From: Eutreptiella sp. 'Long Island Sound 2002'
Taxonomy: Eukaryota > Protista > Euglenida
NCBI GenBank assembly: GCA_964036045.1
Contig: OZ038378.1
Location: 175,646,001-175,710,000 of the forward strand
DNA length: 64,000 nucleotides
Direction: 5' to 3'
A program made the position numbers and the translations under genes. The notes below the pieces were generated by a model. The model had not been told where the DNA came from. It saw only the letters and a program-made list of their open reading frames with translations, and made no database searches. Shown here one piece after another: positions 51,401 to 60,536 of this stretch (its first letter is position 1; each line of letters begins with the position of its first letter).

Positions 51401-52729
51401 TCGGCCATCTTGTAGCACGGCCTGTGGCGATGCCGTGTTCCAGCAATGAGAGATTTTGCTTCCCGCGCTGTTGTGGGGCCGTGTGCTTGACTTGCAGAAT
51501 GGCCAGAGTTTGTGGCTCACTTGGGCATTATGGCGACTGCAGCGCACAGACAACACCCTTGTCCAAACCAGCTTCGGTGCGTTTCTGGCCTGCGGTCGCT
51601 GCTTCGCAGGATTCAGAACGCCAAAGTTGTGCGTTTTGTGGGGCCCACACCCACAACGGAAGATGTCCCAGTGGAACGGGCGTTATGGCTGACAAGGCCG
51701 GGCAACAACCACCACGGCAACGGGTGGGTCGCTCTTTGACCCTTTGCCCGAACAAGTGTCTTGAATCCACTTTTCGGCCGCTTGGGCGGTGCCAAAATGC
51801 CAAATCCTTCGGCAAATCCAAAACTGGCCTGCAGCCCAGCGGAGGGTGTAGATCTGCCATGGAATGTGCGCACTTTGGCAGGAAAGCAGCGAAAACTTTG
51901 GCAGGAAAGAGAGCCATATCTCGGGACATTGCTCAGAATCCAATTCCCGGGTGCAGTTCAAAAATGATGTTCTGCCCCGCCGGCATGTGCGAACAAGTGG
52001 TTTGAGCCGATTTTCAGCCGATGTTGAACCGCTGGGGCCCTGCAAAAGTGCCAAACCCTTTGAAACGAGGGTGAAGTCTAGGTCATCTTTGGGCACTTTG
52101 GGGGCATTGCAGCCACATAATCAGATCCACGTCTGGTGGGGGGACTGAAGGCTGCCCAGTAGTCTTTGGTCCTGACCCAGCCCCCTCACCCTTGCTCCCT
52201 TCGGTGTAAGGGTTCTTCATTCGGTTCATCCTGCACAAATGATCCAACGCACAACCGCAGCAGGAGCAGGCACGACACAATGCAAACACCTGCTGCATGC
52301 TGCGTGGAAGCCGCCACGGGGAAACCGTCCCCTTCATCTTCCATCTTAAGCCCACCCTCTGAATCACTAAAAACAGTGCAATGAAAACGCTGAGGACGGG
52401 GCTGAGCCATCTCAGCGTGAAGATGACCCGGAAGACAACCTGGTACACAGCCTAACGTAGCATGGACGAGGGACGGACAGACGGAAAAGGGGGTTAGAGG
52501 GGGGACGGGGGTGAGGTATGCAGAAAGACAGGACACTGTCGACAGGGGGGCTGTGCGCAGGAGGGCCGTACACTGGGAAACTGTCCGCTTGCATACAGTT
52601 CCCACTGTACAAATCCACGAAGACATGTACAGAAAGTCCTGCAATACAGTCCCCAAGGCCAAGCCAGGCCTATATGGCCACCACACGTTTGCCAACCTCT
52701 AATTGCTTTTACCCGCCCCCACGCCCCCG

Positions 52730-53230
52730 GCTTTCTGTTGTCGTCGCAGGCAGAAAGGCCAGAAGCCGCTGGAAGCCGTTCCTCTAGTCGCAATACAAGG
52801 CCTTCCAGCTCAGAGCCATCCATCAACAGCGAACTGAATTGCGAATTTAGGATGCCTGTCATGTCTCGGTGGCTGAGGCTTGGGTGGTGTACTTATCTCA
52901 ATTCTCCTGGTCACTCATGGGTACTCAGATGGGTACAACAGCCTTCTTTCTTGCTACTGTACCCCCTGCCTGCCACACCCACCTGGTGCAGCTGTCAAAA
53001 ACTCCCATGCCACGACCAAGACCTTGACACTTTGCTCGGGACTTACCCGGTCTGTGGCGCATGCCTTTTGGCCACTTCTGCATGGACTACCTGGTCCCAC
53101 CGATCGGGGGAAAGGCACGACCCAGTCAGCCACAGCGCCAAGGTCGGTGGCTTTGAGGGCTATAATGGCGTTTTTCAATGTCCAATCACTGTCCCCCCCC
53201 TGAACATCGCATCGCAGTGCGCTTACGAAC
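52730..53230 (-). CDS. Possible exons of an unidentified gene
   Basis: Protein-like stretches (GDSDWTLKNAIIALKATDLGAVADWVVPF; LMDGSELEGLVLRLEERL) after ttcag acceptors; phases not reconciled. Confidence 0.25.
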
Positions 53231-53989
53231 AGCGAAACAAGCACAACCATGTGCAGGCGCAAACGGATTCGTGTACAAAATTCCACAAAACATTTCACCA
53301 GAAGCGCAGCACAACATACGCATCGGTCCACAGTTTATCTGCAGCGCTCAACCGGGCGATCTGCGCAGTACAAGACAGCGGAATAAAGTGTGTGCAGGGC
53401 GCTGCGCAATCACGGCTGTTCCCATCTCCCATTCCCGGGGGCACGAGCCATTACAGTCCCGATCACCCGGGCCGAAGGGGAAGTTTCCGCACAGCACGCA
53501 CATACAGTGCACTGGCTGGGACAAGACCAGAAAAAATGGGAGAAGCAGGGGTTTTGACACACGTTCTTGCCCTACCCATGGAATAATGCACCCCAAAAGT
53601 GGTAGAAAACCCACGGATGGTATGAGGTGCAACTTGTCTGGTGTTGGTTTTACGATGGGAGAAGGAAGATGCGATGGGGAAGAACATCGTGAAGAAATTG
53701 ATGGAGAAACCAAATGAGGGGGATGGTCAAGAAAGGGGTTGGCCTGGGCAGTAAGGGATGTAAAGTCTCTACACCAGGGTACCCGTAGCCACTGTATGTT
53801 GTGTGTGCCTGGCATGAAAAATATTCTCTATGTTAAACAGCTGTATTTGCCGCCGAAATGGGACAATCATGCGGAAAATCTTGGAAAGGAGGCGATCGCA
53901 CAAACTTGTACGAAAATAGGAGGGAAAAAACACAATCCGCAATGCAGTTGGCAGACCCAGACAAATTTGGTCTGATCACGGGGGGACGT

Positions 53990-54190
53990 CTCCTCGCTTT
54001 TATGCGCGACTCCCCCCCCCAAGTAGAAGTGGGCCGAAGGCCCCCGGGGGGGGGGGGCATTGGAGGGGGGGGGTTGAGGGAGGGGAGAGGGGGGGGGGGG
54101 GGCGGTTGGGAGGGTCGGTTGGGGGGGGGTCCACGTGGGGCGATTTGGGGTGGTGAGGGGGGGGGGCGGGGGGGGGGGGGGCGGGGGTGG
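53990..54190 (+). repeat. Very G-rich low-complexity tract (G-quadruplex potential)
   Basis: More than 12 runs of at least 3 G within 200 bp. Confidence 0.85.
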
Positions 54191-54417
54191 CACAGGCTCC
54201 CCTTGCCTCCCCTTGCCCTCAATCGAACCATACCATCACCATAAACCTAACCCTAACCTTTGCAGCCAGTTGGTTTGGCCATGCCAGCCATGTGAATTGG
54301 GCTGCACAAGATGCCCCAAATTTCGTTCATGGCTGCTTTTGCCACATCATTGCTCTCCATTTTGGACCCCAACACTCATTCTAACCCGAGCCTAGGGTGA
54401 GAGCTAGGGCTAGGGGC

Positions 54418-54652
54418 ATGGTTGGCACGGCAAACGAGGCAATAGAAGACTTATCAAAGAAACATCGTGAAACCAAGCTGAAAATGCGGGTGTAGATGGT
54501 GCTTTCGTCTTCCTATTGCATGAATCTCGTGCATGTGCATGTGTATGTGCATAACTTCGTCATAACACTTCATGGCAAATATATGCATTCTGTTATGTGG
54601 TCATCAACATGTGTGTTGCACTCCCATATGTTGTATTTGCACCATGCAGGGC
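54418..54652 (-). repeat. 3' pseudo-LTR (235 bp)
   Basis: Base-by-base identical to 60302-60536 on my reading. Confidence 0.95.
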
Positions 54653-54680
54653 CCCCAGTGTGTGTCTGGGCGCCCTGCTG

Positions 54681-57077
54681 TTACTCCTGTGTTCTCCTGC
54701 CGCGATTCTGTACCCATGTGTTCAGCTGGTGTCTGCACTGTTCTGGAAAACCAAATCTGGCGAGGCTCGTCTTGAAAGAGCCCTCCCACCATCGCCCTGG
54801 GTACCCTTTGGTGTGTAGCTCCTGAATTGTCTGCAAACAATTCTGACGCAGGCTCTGCCAGTCTGTCTGGTAGTATGTACACTTCAGTGCTAAGGCTGGC
54901 ACAAGGGAACGGAGGATGCTTCGAGCGTTCGGGGAGTATACATCGGGATAGCGTACATACCTTCTGGTGGGCTCTGGGTTATGATGGTATGACACTTTAT
55001 CCTTGAGTGCTACCGTGATGGTGCCTGTGTGTTGGTCGATTGTGAGGTGTGATTCAAGTGTCTGCAGTGTCAGGCCCTGTCCCTCCACCTGTAGCTTGAG
55101 GCCATATATGTGTTCAAACAGGGCTTGCACTTTGGGTAGTTTCAGGCGGCCCCGTGCCACACCCACCAGGTTATCACGAAATCTGAACGGGCGGTGTGGG
55201 AGAAGGGACGGTGTGATGTATTTGGTCACCTGGGAGCGCATCTGGTTCACTGTCTGGCTGTAAAACGCATGCTCCTTGTCGACACAGTACAGGCATGACA
55301 GCTGGGCAGACAGGGCACCCCCTATGGCGACTCCCCTGATTTGTTTGTATATTCGATTGCTCACAGTGAAAAGGCAGTTCTCCTCCAGTTCCCACTTCAC
55401 ATACTCGTATACCTGTTCAAAAGAGAAGTTTTCAAACTGGTCTCTGGACCCGGTACCTATTCTGTCCATCTTGTGTTCGCTGCGATGGATGGCAAACCAG
55501 ATGCCACCAGAGGCATCTGTTCGCTTTCCCCTGATGTCTACCAACAGATCATGGACGGTGCGGACAGCCTTCAAGGTGTCGGGTCGGCTCATGGACGGGA
55601 AAAAATCCCTAATGTCCAGCTCCCAGAGTGAATATGTGTCTGGCCTCCTGCGTGTTTTCTGTCTGGATGCATGGGCACTGACTGAGGCGGCCCATTGCTT
55701 GACGTCTGTGATCCTGTCCATATCCAGCGATTGGAGTTTCTGTGAGGCTTCTCTCAGCAACAGTGTTAAACAACGCCCCATTTTTCTGGAAAACCTTTTG
55801 AGGGGGTGTGCATAGTACGAAAAAACAATCCTGTGCTTCCATTCAGCAGTCGATTCTTCTTGGATTTTGTTTTTTGGTAGCTGGAATGCATGGGGAGGGC
55901 CCTTCCCCTTCCCTCCTTCCCAGAGTTTGGTCATTCCGTGTGCATCAGCGGAGCTCCGCAGCAGGTGCATGCAGTGCTCGCGGGCAGTTCGTTTGTTCTC
56001 GCACTCCTCTACGAGTTCAAACTGTGATTCATCTCCAAAGGCTGTGATCATGGTTTGGTAATACAGCCTGCGGCAAACGCAAACTGTCTTGCCTGTGTTC
56101 TTATCCAGTTGGAGGAAGACCAGGCCTGGATGTTGTTCTTTCGGGGCCTTCGAGCGGGACTTATGGAGGATACTTGGGATGGATGATCGGGCTGTTTCCC
56201 ATACTTCCTTGATGGCTGGGCGCAACAGTGCGTCCACCAACCACCCTTTATCCTTACCCAGCCGTCTGTGTATGCGGCATATCTGTGCACTGACTGAGGT
56301 TAGCGCAGATTCCAGTTCGTCCCAGGACGCCAACGTCGCATTGTTGCAGTTTTGCCTGAGGCATGCTGCGTCTGCATGGAATAGGCTACCCAGATCGCGT
56401 CCTTTACGTGCAAAAACGCATCCTTGGATGCGTGGGATGTCGGATGGCAGGGAGTGGCATGAGCATGGCTGTCTGGCTATACGGTGCATCTGTTGCCAGG
56501 TATGTTGTGGCCGTTTGGTGCAGAGAATTTCCGCAACCGTGGGGCCACGTTTGGCTGTGTAGCGCGTGACTTGCGTGATGTACTGGACAACGGCCCTAGG
56601 GAGACCCAGGGTGTGTAGTGCGCGTTTCACGCGTTGCTGTAGCATACTCAGATCTGGGTAATTGCATGTGGGGTATGGAATGGCAATCTGGGCTGGGATA
56701 GAGATCCCTGTGCGTCGTGCCACTATAGATCTCACCTTATGAAACAAAAGGTTATAGGTCTCACGCTCAAATCCTTTCTGTAGCCGGGTGCGGGCATGCA
56801 GGATGATCTCCAGCAACGTGTGTGCTGGTGTGTGGCATCGATGCGTGTGTATGATTTTGTGTGCTACCGCGCGCAATTCACGTGTGCTCCATGACTCCGC
56901 ATGTTGTTTGAGGTTCTGGGCCACCATTCGCCAGCGCTGTCCTCGCCACACACGTCGTTCTTTATTGAACACTCGGCCCATCGTGCGCATCCACTGTTGT
57001 TCCAACCGCCATACTGTCGCTTCGGTACAAACCTGTAAGGGTATCATAACCCATTCTGAGCTGCCTGTGTGTCGCAT
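54681..57077 (-). CDS. PLE reverse transcriptase plus the C-terminal half of GIY-YIG (continues ORF2 in frame past a TAG)
   Basis: LDKNTG, LPKNK, RIVFS, ELDIRDFFPSM, YKQIRGVAIGGALSAQL, FRDN and thumb ELHTKGYP motifs; begins with GIY-YIG end motifs (W..IPL, E..W, FN). Confidence 0.92.
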   Translation of the reverse strand: MRHTGSSEWVMIPLQVCTEATVWRLEQQWMRTMGRVFNKERRVWRGQRWRMVAQNLKQHAESWSTRELRAVAHKIIHTHRCHTPAHTLLEIILHARTRLQKGFERETYNLLFHKVRSIVARRTGISIPAQIAIPYPTCNYPDLSMLQQRVKRALHTLGLPRAVVQYITQVTRYTAKRGPTVAEILCTKRPQHTWQQMHRIARQPCSCHSLPSDIPRIQGCVFARKGRDLGSLFHADAACLRQNCNNATLASWDELESALTSVSAQICRIHRRLGKDKGWLVDALLRPAIKEVWETARSSIPSILHKSRSKAPKEQHPGLVFLQLDKNTGKTVCVCRRLYYQTMITAFGDESQFELVEECENKRTAREHCMHLLRSSADAHGMTKLWEGGKGKGPPHAFQLPKNKIQEESTAEWKHRIVFSYYAHPLKRFSRKMGRCLTLLLREASQKLQSLDMDRITDVKQWAASVSAHASRQKTRRRPDTYSLWELDIRDFFPSMSRPDTLKAVRTVHDLLVDIRGKRTDASGGIWFAIHRSEHKMDRIGTGSRDQFENFSFEQVYEYVKWELEENCLFTVSNRIYKQIRGVAIGGALSAQLSCLYCVDKEHAFYSQTVNQMRSQVTKYITPSLLPHRPFRFRDNLVGVARGRLKLPKVQALFEHIYGLKLQVEGQGLTLQTLESHLTIDQHTGTITVALKDKVSYHHNPEPTRRYVRYPDVYSPNARSILRSLVPALALKCTYYQTDWQSLRQNCLQTIQELHTKGYPGRWWEGSFKTSLARFGFPEQCRHQLNTWVQNRGRRTQE

Positions 57078-57089
57078 CGCCTCGTACAG

Positions 57090-58835
57090 CTAGTGCTGTT
57101 TAAGGCGCTTACCATATACTCGTTGAAACGCCCTACCCTCACGCTCATGTTCGTAATACCGCAAAATCAATTTACGGGGACCGTCTTTGCCGACCATGCC
57201 AATATACACTGTACCATACCTGCGGCTTACCATGGCATACACTATGTAGCATGCCACTGTCAGTGGGGTGAAGGGAGCTTGGCCCAAGCCAACAATCTTG
57301 CGGGCCCAACGCCATGGTGCATAGGGGAGGAGATCACGTGCTTTTTCCATGTTCTGGGCCAGCGCTTGCTCACTGCCTTCAACAGCAGTGTGTAGCAAGT
57401 GCTGTCGTTCCGCAGTCAAGTGATCCCACAGTTTGACACAGGCTTCTGTTTTCAATCGTTTCGCCATACATTGCAGGGGGGGCATATACCATGTTCCTTT
57501 GGACGTGGTTGTCACTGTGCTGAGAGCAGCCGCGTAGCGGTCCACAGGGAAACGGGATAGCACGTCCTGCAGTTCACTGGTGGTGGGAATAACATAGAAC
57601 CAGTCCATCTGTAGCATCATTTTCCTTTTCGTGTGTGTGCGTGCTGTGGTACGTGTGTGTGTGTGTGTCCACCGGTTTATGGGGAGTGCAGGCACTGTTC
57701 CTGTCCACATTCGAAAACCTTGCTTCTGGCCTGTCAGTGATTGCATCTGTGATTTCCAGTCATCCAAGTCACGTGGCACTGCAACAATGAATGTTGCGTC
57801 CGGGTAGGCTGTACGTAGCTGTGACAAAATAGACAAAGGCATCATGGGCTGTACTATCAGCAGTGCATGCTGTGCTGCAAGGGGTAGGCATGTGATCTCG
57901 TCGTCAAATGAGGGCATACCAAAGGGGCTGTCAGTTAGGAGGGGACTAAGTCCACGTTGGGATAATCCATCAATGACGGGAATGCCTATTGTATATTCCA
58001 AATGGAATAAATTATTCCACAAGCGGTACCATGTTTTTGGCAGTGACCACATACATGGGTTAAGGGCCGTTGTCGCCTGCAACTCAGTTTGCAGGGACTG
58101 CACGGCATCCACAAACTGTGTATGGATCATAGGGGTGAGTTCATCCCAGCCCAGGACATGGTGTCTTTGTGCAAAGCCTTGCCACAGTCGGCGAAGGCGG
58201 GCGCATCCTCGGATACGCTGTTTCAGTTTCAACGCTTCAGGAGTGGGGGGATCCTCTTTACCATCGATGTCGAACATTCGTAAGTCACGTGCATATGACA
58301 CAGAATTGTATTTTGTACACTCCTGCAAAGAAATCATTTGTTCAATTAATTTTTCCTGATGGGAGGTAGCGTGTGACATGCCCATGGCTAGCGTGTGCAA
58401 ACGGTGTGCCGGTTCGTGCGCTTCCGTTGTGTGTTGAAGAACACTCGGGGGAAGTGGAGAGGACAAGAAATTCGCGTGTGGCTCACCTTCATCCTGCGAT
58501 GAGGTTTCGGTAGTGGAGGTATCCGACACGGGTGCTTGTTTTTTCACCCATCCATTTTTTCGCACTCGTTTGTGGTGGCGCCGTGTGCGTTGCATTGACC
58601 GTTGTTGACGTCTGTCGTGTGTCGTGTGTGCCGTGTATCGTGTCGGTGTTGTGTGCACGCGTGTGCTTTTCTGTTGTGCTCGTTTGCGTGCGCGTGTCCA
58701 TCGTTGTTTGTGTTGGCTGTTTGCATGTGTGGTGTGTGGTGTGTATGGTGCTTGGTACCTTGTGCATGGGATGATTGTCCGGCTCCTGTGGGACCGGAGG
58801 ACGATGACTTCGTCATTGTCACTGGACGACATCAT
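57090..58835 (-). CDS. ORF2 N-terminal part: basic region, possible MTase-like segment, GIY-YIG N-half
   Basis: CYIVYAMVS..YGTVYIG......R..EH. Ends at a TAG followed in frame by LYEA and then the Met of the RT ORF. Confidence 0.85.
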   Translation of the reverse strand: MMSSSDNDEVIVLRSHRSRTIIPCTRYQAPYTPHTTHANSQHKQRWTRARKRAQQKSTRVHTTPTRYTAHTTHDRRQQRSMQRTRRHHKRVRKNGWVKKQAPVSDTSTTETSSQDEGEPHANFLSSPLPPSVLQHTTEAHEPAHRLHTLAMGMSHATSHQEKLIEQMISLQECTKYNSVSYARDLRMFDIDGKEDPPTPEALKLKQRIRGCARLRRLWQGFAQRHHVLGWDELTPMIHTQFVDAVQSLQTELQATTALNPCMWSLPKTWYRLWNNLFHLEYTIGIPVIDGLSQRGLSPLLTDSPFGMPSFDDEITCLPLAAQHALLIVQPMMPLSILSQLRTAYPDATFIVAVPRDLDDWKSQMQSLTGQKQGFRMWTGTVPALPINRWTHTHTRTTARTHTKRKMMLQMDWFYVIPTTSELQDVLSRFPVDRYAAALSTVTTTSKGTWYMPPLQCMAKRLKTEACVKLWDHLTAERQHLLHTAVEGSEQALAQNMEKARDLLPYAPWRWARKIVGLGQAPFTPLTVACYIVYAMVSRRYGTVYIGMVGKDGPRKLILRYYEHEREGRAFQRVYGKRLKQH

Positions 58836-60181
58836 CCTGTCATGGCTTGGGCCTGGGTAGGGTCCGTGCGGAACCGCTTGTCGCGCTTAGCAGCATCGCC
58901 CGCATCATCCTGGGAGTCGAAAATGCAGCTCTCCGGCACGCTTGTTTGATGGCCCGCAGTGTCTTGCACGGTGTACACCTTCTCGCCTTCAATCGTACGC
59001 ACGGATGACATATCAACTTGCACTTGGTACGTGTTTGTCTTGTTTTGCACGCGTATGTTCGCCCATTTCGTGGGGTGTTGTGTCCCCTTGTCAACCTCCT
59101 CGGCTCCCGCATTGTTTATTTCGGCCGGCGGAGTAGCAGGTGGCGCTTGCGGTGTGGAGAGACCCCAATGCTTGAGCAACTCATTGATGCCACTTTGCAT
59201 GTGTGCCTGTGCCGTTTTGCTTTCATTGAATTCGCCCCGGAGTTCGTTGACCGAATTGTTTATGTTGCTTGTGAGAGACTCAAGGTTGGTTACTCTTTCT
59301 TCAACATTGTCCAAACGCTTAGAATCACGAGAGGGCAACAATGGAGCGGGTGGACGCATAGAGGAGTTCAATGAGTTCACCGGGCGCTTTTTCAACGGGA
59401 GTGTCTTGTTCTTGTCGGCGGTGTCATTCTCATGAACCCGTTTGACCTCAATGGTGTCATCATCGTCGGTTTTGGTGTTGTGAAGGCGCTGGGTTGCTTG
59501 TTGTGCATCTTCTTCATTGTTAAACCGAAGAATCACGAAATCTTTAGATCTCTCAACGACCGGTGATTCCGCCGTGTCCGCACGTGTTAGCAAGAGCGTC
59601 ATGAGTGCATCATCAAATTCGGCGGTGATGCCCGTAGAGTCATGGAGTGAGATTTTGATAGCATGAGCAGCCGTAGGCGTTGCCTCGTCACATTCCATAC
59701 CGTCATCAATTGGCGCGTCTCCAAGAATGCCACTTGCTCCTTTCTCTACACCTGGTGCACGCATAGCAATATCGGCGAAGTCCAAGCCTTCATCACGCGC
59801 TTTCCTGAACAATGATCTGTTGGTGAGTGTTCGGCGCACGTTCAACGGTCTTCCCGTAATTTCTTCGCATTTGCCACCATTGTGTCCTGTACCGCCACAA
59901 TTCCAACACACTTCAAGTCGGATAATGTCTCCATTTTCATCGGTATCTTCGGCGTGTAGTTTCCGTGGACAATTTCTCGCCAAGTGTCCACTCTTCATAC
60001 AGAAAAAGCACAACATTTTGTCTCGGTCCTTCTTCTCACTCGGGTTGGATGACGGGCGTGGTTTTGGTTTTTTCGTATGTATGTGTCCTTTTGTGTCATG
60101 ATCGGTCAATGCTTTGCAATGGTTGCAATATTGGCGCGCGGGTGTGCACGTCTTCGTGGCGGCATGTTTCTTCGGGGCCAT
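58832..60181 (-). CDS. ORF1 nucleic-acid chaperone/gag-like protein (2 CCHC knuckles, RRM-like segment, coiled coil)
   Basis: CFFCMKSGHLARNC and CWNCGGTGHNGGKC; DFVILRFNNEEDAQQATQRLH....TIEVKR; heptad stretch LDNVEERVTNLESLTSNINNSVNELRGEF. Confidence 0.88.
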   Translation of the reverse strand: MAPKKHAATKTCTPARQYCNHCKALTDHDTKGHIHTKKPKPRPSSNPSEKKDRDKMLCFFCMKSGHLARNCPRKLHAEDTDENGDIIRLEVCWNCGGTGHNGGKCEEITGRPLNVRRTLTNRSLFRKARDEGLDFADIAMRAPGVEKGASGILGDAPIDDGMECDEATPTAAHAIKISLHDSTGITAEFDDALMTLLLTRADTAESPVVERSKDFVILRFNNEEDAQQATQRLHNTKTDDDDTIEVKRVHENDTADKNKTLPLKKRPVNSLNSSMRPPAPLLPSRDSKRLDNVEERVTNLESLTSNINNSVNELRGEFNESKTAQAHMQSGINELLKHWGLSTPQAPPATPPAEINNAGAEEVDKGTQHPTKWANIRVQNKTNTYQVQVDMSSVRTIEGEKVYTVQDTAGHQTSVPESCIFDSQDDAGDAAKRDKRFRTDPTQAQAMTG

Positions 60182-60301
60182 TGATGAATGTTCTCAAAGT
60201 ACGATGGTGTAGTAGATAAAGAGGCCAAACGCATTGGTGAATATTTGGTGTTCTTGAACTTTTACAATTGCGGTTTTTCGGGTCGCCGCAAAGGTTGTTG
60301 A

Positions 60302-60536
60302 ATGGTTGGCACGGCAAACGAGGCAATAGAAGACTTATCAAAGAAACATCGTGAAACCAAGCTGAAAATGCGGGTGTAGATGGTGCTTTCGTCTTCCTAT
60401 TGCATGAATCTCGTGCATGTGCATGTGTATGTGCATAACTTCGTCATAACACTTCATGGCAAATATATGCATTCTGTTATGTGGTCATCAACATGTGTGT
60501 TGCACTCCCATATGTTGTATTTGCACCATGCAGGGC
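60302..60536 (-). repeat. 5' pseudo-LTR (235 bp)
   Basis: Identical to 54418-54652. Confidence 0.95.

Larger units (their letters stand above)
54418..60536 (-). mobile_element. Full-length-looking Penelope-like retroelement with N-terminal GIY-YIG (Naiad/Chlamys-type order) and a separate gag-like ORF1
   Basis: Identical 235-bp terminal direct repeats; ORF1; GIY-YIG upstream of a PLE-type RT; no C-terminal endonuclease. Confidence 0.88.

Noticed and set aside
52738-53586. 282-aa plus-strand ORF
   Set aside because: No motif and atypical composition; the minus-strand frames look more protein-like.
54560-54615. Second hammerhead candidate (TTGATGA...GAAG on the element sense strand)
   Set aside because: Stem II does not close on the core, and there is no GAAA or matching 3-8 pair.
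18602-57092. TAG reassigned to a sense codon (in-frame TAGs at 18604, 21104 and 57092)
   Set aside because: The intact host RRM gene ends at TAG right after RYRPY. The YR element also has frameshifts and a TGA, so ordinary decay explains its stops.
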